A stretch of DNA of 63,266 nucleotides, the filler included, from Craspedostauros australis (taxonomy: Eukaryota): the NCBI GenBank assembly GCA_030167865.1. It is 9 parts of 9 records of this genome, joined end to end, with 100 filler letters (N's around TTAATTAATTAA, not from the genome) between each part and the next. Parts side by side here need not be neighbours in the genome. Positions count along the whole stretch, not along the records: positions 4,743 to 19,054 come from JALAGF010003963.1; positions 19,155 to 42,608 come from JALAGF010003965.1; 7 more parts are not named here. One strand, written 5' to 3'. The notes beneath the pieces were generated by a model that was not told the origin of the DNA, ran no database searches, and was given only the letters and a program-made list of their open reading frames with translations. The translations under genes were made by a program, and so were the position numbers. Positions within the stretch are counted from its first letter, which is position 1; the number at the start of each line of letters is the position of its first letter. Below are positions 10,465 to 21,793 of the stretch, piece by piece.

Positions 10465-12540
10465 ATGGTCGTCATCCTTCCACGACTTTTGGTCAAGCTT
10501 GCTTCCACAACAGGCATCCGCAACCTCCGGGCTTCGTCAACACAGACCGCAAAATGGTCGTCTCTTATTCCGTTCAAGTTGACTCCTGGTGATGCACCCC
10601 CGCCAACCATCACCAACCAGGATCTCCTTCGCGCCGCAGACCAAGGAGATGTGGACACCCTCACCGCATGGAAGACAGCATTTCCACAAACCTCCATCGA
10701 CACGATCAAGGACGACCGTGACAAGACTCCACTCCACCTCGCATGCTCCAACGGCCAGCTTGAAACGATCAAACAGTTGATGGAGTCATGCGGAGCGGAC
10801 GTCAATGCCCAATCCATGGATGGAGAGACTGCGCTACACTATGCATGCGCACAGGGCAACCTCGATGTCGTAGAATACCTGGCTGGGTCGCATGCTGCAA
10901 ATGTCAACCTCCAGGACAACTTCGGCAAGGTGGCACTCCACGACGCATGTACCGAGGGGCATACAGCCATCGTGAAGACTCTGATCGAGTCATATTCTGC
11001 AAGCGCTCTCGTGCAAGATGAGAAGGGTGAGAATGCCCTCCATGCCGCGTGTCTTCATGGACACTTGGATGTTGTGGAGTACCTCGTTGGATCATGTGGA
11101 GTGGAAATCAATGCGCAAGATGATTTCGGTAACACTGCGATCCACAATGCGTGTCTGAAGGGTCATCTTGATATCTTGAAGTATGTGATGGAGGCTCGTA
11201 CTGTGGCCATCGACGTCCAGAACAATGACGGCGATACCGCGCTTCATGTTGCTTACAGAAATGGGCATATGGATGTTGCAGAGTATCTGGTGAAGTCGTG
11301 CAAGGCAGATGTTCATGTTGAGAATGAAGCTGGCGGCACGGCTCTTCAGTCTGCATATTCCAAAGGTCATCTGGATGTTGTGAGATGGTTGGTGGAGTCA
11401 GGTCAGGTGGACATCAATGCCAAAGACGAGAATGGCGACACTTTGCTTCACTGTGCAAGTGCTGGGGGCCACCTGGATGTGGTGAAGCATTTGGTGGGCT
11501 CAGGCAAAGCCATCATCGATGTCAGCGCCGAGAACAGGGCTGGCAACACTGCACTCCATCTCGCAAGTGGCGATGGCCACCTCGATATTGTGAAGCGGCT
11601 GGTTGAATCCGGCAAGGCCGATATCAACGCTGAGAACAACAGCCGTGAGACTCCAATCTTCAAGGCATGTCGCAACAGCCACTTCGACGTTGTCGAGTAT
11701 CTCATCGGAACACCAAGCATACATCCAAACTTCCGACACAAGGATGGCAACACCGTGCTCCATCTCGCAAGTGGCGATGGCCATCTCGATGTTGTGAAGG
11801 TGCTGGTTGAATTCGGCAAGGCCGATATCAACGCTGAGAACAACAACCGTGAGACTCCAATCTTCAAGGCATGTCGCAACAGCCACTTCGACGTTGTCGA
11901 GTATCTCATCGGAACACCAAGCATACATCCAAACTTCCGACATACGGATGGCAACACCGTGCTCCATCTCGCAAGTGGCGATGGCCACCTCGATATTGTG
12001 AAGCGGCTGGTTGAATCCGGCAAGGCCGATATCAACGCTGAGAACAACAACCGTGAGACTCCAATCTTCAAGGCATATCGCAACAGCCACTTCGACATTG
12101 TCAAGTATCTGGTCGCAGCACCAAATGTCGATTTGGACTTACGAAACTGGGATTGTCAATCGATACTCCATCGCGCAAGCGCTAATGGCAATCTCGACGT
12201 TGTGAAGTTGTTGGTTGAAGAAGGCAAGATCGATATCCACACCAAAACCAGCAAATTTGGCAACACTGCACTGCACTTAGCGTGCTTGAATGGTAGATTG
12301 GAGGTCGTGAAGTATTTGGTGAAAGTCTGCAACGCAGAAATCAACATTCAAGACAAGAATGGCAGAACTGCACTTAGGAAGGCAAGTTGGAATGGTAAAT
12401 TGGAGGTGGTCAAGTACTTGGTAGAATCGTGCAACGCAGACATCAGCATCATTGGTTTCGATGGCGGCACTGCATTGGATATTGCGAGAAAACGGGACCG
12501 CACTGATGTTGTCGACTACTTGACCGCTCTTGTGTGCTGA
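10465..12540 (+). CDS. Ankyrin-repeat protein, 691 aa, essentially all repeats
   Basis: Continuous ORF with repeated GxTALHxAxxxGHLDVVxxLV...ADINA units. Confidence 0.95.
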   Translation: MVVILPRLLVKLASTTGIRNLRASSTQTAKWSSLIPFKLTPGDAPPPTITNQDLLRAADQGDVDTLTAWKTAFPQTSIDTIKDDRDKTPLHLACSNGQLETIKQLMESCGADVNAQSMDGETALHYACAQGNLDVVEYLAGSHAANVNLQDNFGKVALHDACTEGHTAIVKTLIESYSASALVQDEKGENALHAACLHGHLDVVEYLVGSCGVEINAQDDFGNTAIHNACLKGHLDILKYVMEARTVAIDVQNNDGDTALHVAYRNGHMDVAEYLVKSCKADVHVENEAGGTALQSAYSKGHLDVVRWLVESGQVDINAKDENGDTLLHCASAGGHLDVVKHLVGSGKAIIDVSAENRAGNTALHLASGDGHLDIVKRLVESGKADINAENNSRETPIFKACRNSHFDVVEYLIGTPSIHPNFRHKDGNTVLHLASGDGHLDVVKVLVEFGKADINAENNNRETPIFKACRNSHFDVVEYLIGTPSIHPNFRHTDGNTVLHLASGDGHLDIVKRLVESGKADINAENNNRETPIFKAYRNSHFDIVKYLVAAPNVDLDLRNWDCQSILHRASANGNLDVVKLLVEEGKIDIHTKTSKFGNTALHLACLNGRLEVVKYLVKVCNAEINIQDKNGRTALRKASWNGKLEVVKYLVESCNADISIIGFDGGTALDIARKRDRTDVVDYLTALVC
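11542..12110 (+). repeat. 204-bp intragenic tandem repeat, about 2.8 near-identical copies, each encoding two ankyrin units
   Basis: Units start at 11542, 11746 and 11950 (GGCAACAC...) and differ at only scattered positions. Confidence 0.93.
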
Positions 12541-12983
12541 GAGCATCGCTGTAAATTGGACAAGAATAAGCCAACCACCCGTCATAGTAGTCTCCCTTAG
12601 CAGCTATCAAGTGCTCAACATCCATCGTTGACGTAAATCAGTCGTTGGTTTCTATTGTTCAGTGAACACCAATTATTGTACAATGAGAAGATGGTGTGCT
12701 GTTCTGTGCTCAACGTCGCTTCGTGTTGCAAGGTCATGGTACCTCTGTCTAGCCCATGTGTTGTAATATATTGTGTTGTGCTGTAGCAGGTATATGTACG
12801 GCATGCGATTGTGCTTTGCCTTTCTTGGAAGCAAGCGGCGCCATGGTCTGAGATTCACGATGCATCTCAGAGATACCATTGGCGCCGTGATGCGGGTGAT
12901 GCGTTCATCCGCATGTTGATGTGTGTTGTTGTGTTGTTGTGGCGCATTGTGGTGGCACCTCAACGCACCAAGTGGCAACGTGC

Positions 12984-14409
12984 TTACTTCTGCATGCCCA
13001 TCTCCTCATCAGTGTCAGCCTCGGAGCTCTGGTTCTCCTCGTCCTGGTTCAGCTTGTTCATGGCAGCAGTCTCCATGCGAAGGGCAGACTCGAAGATGTG
13101 GGCATCCTCCTCGTTGCTGCACGAGTTGATCTTCTCGCGGAGTCCCTCGATGTTCGACTGGATGCGCTCGCGACGGACGGCGTAAGACTCTTTCTGTGTG
13201 GCGAGGGCCTTCTGGAGCTCCAGATACTCGCGTGGGATGGCGGTGGAACCGGCCTCGTTGACAAGGACGTTGGTTCCAAGGTGCAGGTTGCGGTTGCTCT
13301 GGTGGTCTGGCTTCATGCCGGCGGCACGCTCCTCTGGGGTGCCAATGTACACCTCATCGAGCTGGAAGCCAGAGACAGCCTTGTGGACGGAAGCGAGAAC
13401 TCAGGCTCCTGAGCAGATTCCGGTGGCTTCCAACAACAGACAGAACTGGAGGAAGATGTAGACGATTGGGTTGGAAAGGAAGGCGATTGGGAAGACGGAT
13501 GCAACCAGCTGCCATGTGATGGAGGCGATGATGGTGGTGATTAGGGCTCCGAGAAGTCCGGTGCTGAAGAATTCCTGGGTGCTGTCGGAGACTCTGAAGA
13601 TGTTCTTGCCAGTTCCGACCTCGACATCGAGAGTGGTGACACGGGCGATAATGAAGAAGCACATGGTCACGCAGATCTGACGTCCAATCTTGAATCCTGG
13701 AAGGTTGCGTCCGTCACCGCGGAAGAGGAGGTCGCAGGTCTTGCGGGCCATTGGGTGGTGTCCACGATCCTCCTTTGGAAACTTGGCGACGGCGAAGAAG
13801 GCGATCTACATACCCTCAAGCATACCAACGATGGACATGAAGAGGAAGAAGAGTATGACTGCGACTCCGTTTGGCACTCTGGCCCACATGGTGGTCTTTC
13901 CATCGAACAGGGCGACCAGGGTGACGGCCATAGCGTAGCACAGGATGGCGAGGGAGATGAGGATGCGGCCCCAGAAGAAGAGGTTCTGGGCACCGTCGCG
14001 TGGTGGTTCCTTGGACTCGATTTCCTTGCCGGGGGCCCACACGAAGAACATCTGGACGAGGTAGCACGAGTGCAGAAGTCCGGAGAACTCGATGGCGAGG
14101 GCGACGTAGAGGGTGAAGACGGCGAAGAAGTTGTTGCTGTAGTCAAGCATGCAGAGGGAGGCGTTGACTTGGGTGGGATTCGACGCAGAGGTTGCGGTCG
14201 ACTGGTGGGAGACCGGCGAGGGAACCCTGTTCTCCCTCCACCATGTTGAGCCAGATGAGGGCAGCGATCATGATGACGACGGCGACCACTGGGTGGACCT
14301 CGGACGAGACCTTGGTCTGCTCATTGAAGATGAGTCCGCAGACGATGGTGATCGAGAAGATGAGGAGTCCAGTGGAGTACACCGACTTGACGAGCTGAAT
14401 GGGATCCGT
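12984..14409 (-). pseudogene. SIT: Silicon (silicic acid) transporter pseudogene
   Basis: Motifs MVEGEQGSL, VNASLCMLDY, GMLEGM*IAFFAV, IGRQICV, ASITWQLVAS and YIGTPEER plus a coiled-coil tail. Lesions: probable ATG>ACG at 14407-14409, a frameshifting internal deletion near 14170, TAG at 13806-13808 (the Q of EGMQ) and TGA at 13401-13403 (a conserved W). Confidence 0.92.
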
Positions 14410-15513
14410 GGTTACTTGTCTGTTTGTTGCTGTTGCTCTGGTTGCCGCTTCTTGTTGCTGTGATGTGTTGCAGAACTTGCAATGATTGATATTGTGAGTG
14501 ATGCAATGTCAGGTTCGGCGGATGCCGCGGAGGCATTTGTGGTTGTGCGTGATCGTACGTGGTCGTATGCAGTTGCATATGATGGTTGTGTTTGTTCTCA
14601 CGATTTCCTGTTCGATTGTTGGCTTGGTTTGTTGTTGTTTTCTCGTGAAAGATGAGCGAAAGACAGTCCATGAAATTCGCCGTGATGACTGGCGCACGCG
14701 ACATATTGTTTGAATGATGAGTGACAATGTCTGAATTACGTGAAATGATCATGTTAATGCCAACGAGGACTGGCGTGACATTTGTTTCGTGATGGGGCAA
14801 CGCAGTGGTTTCGAAAATAACTGACACGAAGCCATCGCATCGGTATGGAATTCATAAGAGTGTTCCAGATTCAACTTCTATCATTCTATCCCTCCGATGT
14901 GTCTTGCCATTTTGTTGTTGAAGCAGACAATTCATGACCAAGGACAAGAATCTAAATTCGACACGTCCAACAACAGACATGTTTGTGACGTCGATGGGAC
15001 CTGCATTCGCACGTCTGCAACACTGCGTCACAATCTGTTCACGTTCAAAAGTGCGGCTTGCTGTCGCTCGGACTCCCCACTGAAACAGACATCCCCAAGG
15101 ATAACGAGACAACAATGATGTTGTCCTTGTCGTAGTCCCGTGTTGACGTCACTTGAAACAGATAACGCCCAAGCGGGCGTTTTCTCATCCATGAGCGACA
15201 TCCCAAGGAGATGCACAAAAGGCACCAAGATCAACATCGAATGATGTCTCTGATTGTTGCGAATCCATCCGACGCAGCCAGGCACCTCCAGGTGCAGGCG
15301 TGGGAGCAACAACAACAGATCAACGGCGACACTACCATCCGCACCGACGAGATTGAAGGCGACCACGATTACGGTGGCAACAAATAGCACACAACACCCA
15401 TCGCATGACATCTCACCGGCCTTCGAGCTTCTCTGCAGCATCTTCGTGGCACCATCCGAATCTATTTGTTGCTCAGCATCCATCTTTACGCTGGACTCCA
15501 CAAGCACAGCAGG

Positions 15514-18500
15514 ATGCAATCTCCCTCCGCTCCTGCCGCCACTTTCGCTTCAGACACAATGCAAGACACAATGCAAGGCACTCAGCCATCGCCCAAACAC
15601 CAATGCAACAGAACATCACTTCGCCTGCACGACAACGTTTTGACGTCAGGCAATGAGTTCTACGACGATGGATACAACGAGACCGAGCTTGAGACAGAAG
15701 TGCCAAACGGTCTCTTCTCAAATATCGGCGGCAGCAATGGCGAAGCGGACAGCGATAGCATCCACCAATTCTTTGGACGCGAGAATGAGTTGAAACAATT
15801 GCATCGTGCATTCGATCGGATGATGCGTCATTCCAAGTCCAGCAAGCCAACCAGAAAGACGAAGGGAACTGCCCAGCACCCTTCATCGGATGCCATCCCT
15901 ACATCTGGATCATCTGCGGATGCGTCCTCTAGTCGACCCTTCGTCCCAGCTGCGTTCGTTTGGGGTACCAGCGGCGCAGGCAAGTCGAAGCTCGTGGATA
16001 TCTTCTGCAACCAGTTGCTCGATCCCGGTCGCAACACAAGTAAGAGCAACGGCATCCGTGTGCTCAAGGGGAAATTTCAGGAGCATCAGCAAGGCAACCC
16101 GTTCTCAGCCATCACTCAGGCGTTGTCCGATTGGTGCAAGCAGCTGACTTCCTCACATGTGCAATTGGCACCAATCAGGGAGACTGGCAGCGAAGCGACG
16201 GCTGAAGCAACAACTGACGATGACACAGATGCAAACGTCGATGCAGATACAGATAAAGATGGTCATCCAAAGCCAGTATCAAATCACAGTGACGGTGACG
16301 ATGATGAGGAGACGGACAGGCATCGCCGCCATCATATTACGAGCCAATCATCAGAGCTGCATCGGCTTCGATCCATTGTCGCGTCGAGCAATCTCACAAT
16401 GCAGCAGAAGGACGTCCTTGTCGCGCTCGTGCCAGCACTATCCATTCTCTTCAGCGAAGACGGGAGTTGCGACGCATCCATCACTTCCACAACTGCACAG
16501 CAGTCTCAGCCTCAGCCTCCACAAATCCCATTGACCGAGACATCGTGGAACCGGTTCCAGTACGCTTTCATTCAATTCTTGTCCCTTATCTCATCAAGGC
16601 GCCATCCCGTGGTGATGGTACTAGATGATCTGCAATGGGCGTCGCAAGAGTGCATGGACATCATCTCCACTGCCATGTATCAACCTCACTTCCTGTGGAT
16701 TGGCACGATCCGGCAAGAGATCGATCCGCAGTCTCCCAACAAGCTCATGGAATTCAATGGAGATCTCCCCCTCATGCAGTTCCTCGACGATTTGCAAACG
16801 CAATACGCGGAATCACCCTCCAATCCAACGAAGACACCCTACATCGACATCCATCTGAAAAACTTCAGTCAACAGGAGCTACACGAGTGGGTGTCGCAAT
16901 TGTTCGACCAGGAGGATGACGTTGTAGATGAGGTGGTCGAGCTTCTGCACAACCAGACCGACGGCAACATCTTCCACACGATACAGCTCCTGCAAGACAT
17001 GGAACGCACGAAGGCCTTGACGTACAGCCGCATCACGTTCCAGTGGGAGCTTGATTCCTCCCTGATCAGTTTCAATCAGCCCAGCCACAACAACAGTGGC
17101 AATCGCAGTTGCAACGATGCCATGAGTGGTAGCGGCCATGTGGCAACAAACAACGTGATCAAGCTCATTTCATCCAAGCTGCGATCTCTGCCTGTTCCTT
17201 TGCAGAAGGCCCTCATACTGGCATCGTACATTCGATCCTCGTTTGAGCTGGACCCTCTGCAGGCGGTCTGGGACTACGAAGAGCAAAACAATCCCACAGG
17301 AGGTGACATTCTTCCCGCTCCAGCTCATAGCTCTGAACACGAAACAAGTACGCCACTTGCGGAGTGGCTGGAACAGGCTGTTCTGGAGGGCCTTCTCGCG
17401 AACTCCATCGGTGGTGCAAGCTACCGCTTCGCACACGACCGCATCCAACAGACAGCACGCAATCTCGTGCCGTTCGGAGAGGTTCGAACCAAGCTCCGTC
17501 TGCGAATTGGCCAGTGCTTGTGGGAGTTCTGCACAAGGAGTGATGAAGCAAACAAAGCTAGAGATCAGGGAAATGACGGCAGCATTTTCTTCATCGCAGC
17601 CGATCACCTCAACTGCGCCCCAACCAAGGACCACCTCGCAGCGGCTCGACGAAACCTTCGGGTTGGCGAGCACGCACTCCAAATCGCCGCATTGGTGCCT
17701 GCTGCAACGTATCTCCAACTTGCAAGCACTGCATTGCGCAAGGTGAGAGGTGACCCATGGCAGGAACACTACGACTTGATGATTCGGTTGGTGCGCGCAC
17801 GGTGCGGTGTCGAGCTCGCGCTAAATCGATTCGACTTGGGGTATTCGCTGGGATACGAGCTGCTGGATCATGCTCGATCCATCCACGACAAGGTACTTAC
17901 GTATATTGCGATGGCCAATGCCCTTGGCAAACAAAATGAGCACACAAGGGGCTTGCAGTTGGCTCAACAAGGTGCCCAATTGTGTGGCAAGTACCCCAAG
18001 CGATGGTTCCTGTTGCATGCTGTGCCACAGCTTCTTTCTGCCAGAGCGTACTTGAAGAGAACAACCACGCAACAGTTCTTTGACCAGAATCCCATCACAA
18101 CCAATCCGCAGACGTTGCTCTCGATGGATTTAATGCAAGAGATCACCGTCAGAGCGTACTCATGCCAAGACATGCTATCATGGATGCTGACGACCGTGAG
18201 ACTGATCCAAATCACGAGGAGGGATGGCATCTGCGAGTACTCTGCTGGTGCGATTATTAGTTTTTCTATCGCCCAGACAAGATGGGGCGAGTTTGCGGAC
18301 GCTTGTAAATCTGCCAAGCTTGCGAAGGAGATCATTCGTAGGGTGGGCAGTGGTACGAAGACGGAGGGGTGGATCTATTACATTGTGGCACTCTACGTCG
18401 ATTCATTCTACAAACCATGGCATGAAATAACAGGCGACTTCCAGCATGCTTACAAGTCAGCCATGGCAGTTGGTGACGTTGAGCTCAGTGTGATGGCACA

Positions 18501-19054
18501 AAATACCGGCCTCGTCTTTGCATTCTTCCACGGACGTCCTCTGACCGAAGTGGTGCCAAACGCTCTCTCTCTCCTCGAGCAGATGAGGATGTACAAGATT
18601 GATACATTCAAGGGTGTGGTGACTGAAATGTTGACTCTGTACCAAAACATGCAAGGCACGATGGAGTTGGATTGGAAGGCACTCATGGATGTTGGCAAGT
18701 ATGAGCATGCTGGTCCATTTGAGCGGGAAAATGCTTATTGGGGACGGCTCCACCTTGCGGTGTATTTCGGAAAGTTCAAACACGCAGAGAAGATGGACCA
18801 TATGCTCATGACGCATGACACCGGTGACGGCAACTTTGCCTTGGTCACATCCGTTGCCATTCTCAGCGGCGTCATGGCCTCTCACCGATACCGACAAACG
18901 AAGAAGAGCAAGTACCTCAAGATGCTGCGACAGCAAAAGCGGCAGCTGAAATACATCTGTGATATCCAAGGAACTTGCGCACTCCATCGGTACTTGATTC
19001 TACGTGCTGAGTGGAAAGCAATCAAGGCAGGAAACGCGAAGCCCGCCCTCGTGG
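15514..19054 (+). CDS. STAND-class P-loop NTPase (AAA_16/COG3899-like) with C-terminal helical TPR-like region; 3' truncated
   Basis: FFGRENE start, Walker A GTSGAGKS, Walker B VMVLDDLQWA, TDGNIFH and YRFAHDRIQQ. Open for more than 1150 aa up to the linker. Confidence 0.88.
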
Positions 19055-19154
19055 NNNNNNNNNNNNNNNNNNNNNNNNNNNNNNNNNNNNNNNNNNNNTT
19101 AATTAATTAANNNNNNNNNNNNNNNNNNNNNNNNNNNNNNNNNNNNNNNNNNNN
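19055..19154. other. Artificial contig linker
   Basis: Same N44-TTAATTAATTAA-N44 pattern. Confidence 0.98.
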
Positions 19155-20388
19155 ACAATGGAGCGTCGCCCTGCTTGTGCGTTCCGACATATCCGTTCGC
19201 TTGCGCACAATGCCCTACTGAACTTTTCGCACTTGGAGACAGACGGTTAAGCTGCAGTTTTCGTGTCCAACACAAGTGTCGCACCCACTGCCACAAAATC
19301 ACGATCGAAGTTTCAGAAAATTCACTTGTTCGTCTCCAACAAATGGACAGATCAAGGCGACTTCCTCGCAAGGGAGAGTGTTTGGCCGATCAACTATGAC
19401 GCCGTTGGCGCCGCTGACGCCGTTGACGATGCAAGAAGAGCACTTGTATGGAACGAGGTGCTCTTCGTCGATGCCAAGTGGCAGGTCCATTCGTCATCTT
19501 GGCTATTTCCACCGATCCAGTTCATGCATCGATGCGTGGATCAGTGCACTGCGTTGACCTTTCTCTCTCTCTCTTGCATGGTCCCATCCATCCACTCACC
19601 TCTTGTGCCATCAGCCAGGCCACAACAAATCCGAAGACAGCTGGCCAACGATCACCATCTCTTTTCAGTTGATGCCATATTTGGTGAAGAAAAGGAGCTT
19701 GATCTTTGACACTCACTCACAAGGAAACCGACGATCGGAGAAGAGCAGGCCTTCTTTCCACACAAGCGATCAAACTGGACGACCGACATCAAACAGCATT
19801 CAGACCAGCGTGCGTCTGTTCATCATCGGCTGGCACCTCGACTTGCTCATTCATCGATCTGCGTACCCACCCATTCATCCAACCATCCAACCATCCATTC
19901 ATCGACGGCTTCACCCTTGCCATTTCCAACACCCAAAACAGGAACAACGCCAACTGAATACACAACCAAATGCGATGACATTGCGCATCGCAGAGGACAG
20001 TACAAATAGAATATAGCATCAGGATGTCGCAGATATTCGCCAACATGAGCGACAAGCAGGCCAAACCGGGCGCTCTCACTGACGAAGGCTTCAAGGAGTT
20101 CCAGAGGCTCACGGGCTATGAACTCATCGACAACTTCCCGCTCAACATGGACTTCAATGGATTGCCCAACTCCTTCTGCTCCCGCACGCAGGTCATCGTC
20201 CGCATGGACGACCGCGCCAGACGATCCAACCTCTTCACGACGCGCATGGACCCGCGCAAGCTGGAGAACCAGGTCATCCAGGCCCTCGACGTCATATTCT
20301 CCACCACATACAGCTGCTCGCCCTCTAAGCAACCTAAGGCCTTCCTCGTCATTGACATCCTGCGTCTCTCGGACGGCAGCATGGCGCA
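19155..20388 (+). repeat. 1234-bp segment duplicated in inverted orientation at 42709-43942
   Basis: All six-frame translations are mirrored identically and the coordinates sum to 63097. Confidence 0.97.
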
Positions 20389-20890
20389 CGGCATGTCGGG
20401 TCCAGTCGGTTCCAAGATGGGCCGCACCGAGCTCGGATGCATGTGGCGCCTCTGCAAGGTCACGAGGGGTTCCAAGGCGCAGCCCAACTTCAACAAGCTC
20501 GTCGCGGGCGGTCTTGTCTACAAATGGGCCGACGACGACACCATGTTCAACTGCGTGGCCTGCGGATCCTCCTGCCTCCTCGATGCCATCGTGCCCAAGG
20601 TCGGTCAAGACATTGACCTCGCTCTGCGGCAAGGCAGCAAGGCCGTGTCGGATCTCTCCGACGCTTCGGAGAGCTGCGGCGGCACGCATTCGACGAACGA
20701 ACGGTCCGATGGCAGCACCTTCTCCGCCAGCACGCACTCGACGAGCAAACGGTCCGATGGCAGCACCGTCTCCGCCAACACGCACTCGACGAGCGAATGG
20801 TCCAATAGCAGCACCCTCTCCACCAGCGCGAGCGAGGCGGAGAATCTTAGAAGATCGCTGCCGATGCATTTGCGGTTGGCGAGTTTCTAA
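20024..20890 (+). CDS. Hypothetical protein, 288 aa; weak resemblance to DUF4410-like fold; Ser/Thr repeat tail
   Basis: Strong C/G third-position bias in this frame and a CA-rich leader. The segment VIDILRLSDGSMA...VG...G.TELGCMWRL resembles the DUF4410 pattern by eye only. Confidence 0.72.
   Translation: MSQIFANMSDKQAKPGALTDEGFKEFQRLTGYELIDNFPLNMDFNGLPNSFCSRTQVIVRMDDRARRSNLFTTRMDPRKLENQVIQALDVIFSTTYSCSPSKQPKAFLVIDILRLSDGSMAHGMSGPVGSKMGRTELGCMWRLCKVTRGSKAQPNFNKLVAGGLVYKWADDDTMFNCVACGSSCLLDAIVPKVGQDIDLALRQGSKAVSDLSDASESCGGTHSTNERSDGSTFSASTHSTSKRSDGSTVSANTHSTSEWSNSSTLSTSASEAENLRRSLPMHLRLASF
20683..20826 (+). repeat. 48-bp coding tandem repeat, 3 copies (THSTxxRSDGSTxSAx)
   Basis: Units start at 20683, 20731 and 20779. 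Confidence 0.9.
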
Positions 20891-21793
20891 CGCCCGTCGG
20901 GGGGTGGGCGCAGTGATACTCCGCGCCGCACGCGAGGGGCCAAAAGAAAGCGGCGATCCACGCGGACGAAGCGCTTGCCGCAAAGCATCTTGTCAGTGCA
21001 ATGGAGAGGGATGTGTGGTTGCGCACACAACGAACAGAACAAGCGTACTCTGCACATTGCGTTGCCGCACACATTACAAAGATTGTCGGTGGCAAACTTT
21101 CCGAGCCTTATCCAACGCCACGTCGTCTCTCAATGGCTGCCGTCTCTTCCAGGAACAGAAGAAGAACGATACAACACTCACATGTACCATGGCACCATCG
21201 TATCGGCGGCAGGTTCGTACCAGCCGACGTACTGACATGACGACGGTTGACGACGCGTGGAATCATCTCTTGATGCGCTTCCGTTCCTTCTTTGCGCCAA
21301 AACCTGAGATTCATCAGCGGAGTGCAACAACCAAAACTTCCCTCTGATTCAAATCTCTCTCTCTCTCTCTTGTTGGTGTGAAAGTCTCAACGAATGGCAG
21401 AGAGCACGTGGGAAGAGAAGGAAGAGCAAAATCGTGCGAAACAAGCTGCCAACCACAGCAACTGCACGAGCTATCGAGGAGAATATGATTATGGCTTTCT
21501 CTGCGTTTGGGACGACATATCAGTCATCTCATAAAATTCAACCAACCATCACAGTATCACATTCAGCAAATCAACTCACAGGACCACTCCCTCGTGGTAC
21601 GTCGCTTCGTTGTGGATCCTCAGTCTGAGAAAGCGCGACTTGCCAGCCTCGCCGTCGTGCCCACACTATCTCACCTCCTTTCCTTGACATACTCGTACTT
21701 CGTGGACCATCCGCCGCCGACCACCAACCATCGCCCAACTACTGCGCTCCTTCATCTGGTTCTTGCGAATGACACAGGCACAAAACACGAAAC

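Noticed and set aside
11542..12110. Tandem repeats as a CRISPR-like array (also 20683-20826)
   Set aside because: They are in-frame coding repeats with no unique spacers and no cas genes.
1315..14409. In-frame TGA/TAG as a variant genetic code or selenocysteine
   Set aside because: Intact genes here end in TGA, TAA and TAG normally. The interrupted frames also carry frameshifts or deletions, and the stops replace different residues (W, Q, probably R).
19847..21347. Long alternative ORFs 19847-20983 (-) and 20118-21347 (+), and similar antisense ORFs over dapF, CRAL-TRIO and the acidic protein
   Set aside because: They are shadow frames produced by the GC3-biased codons of the real gene.
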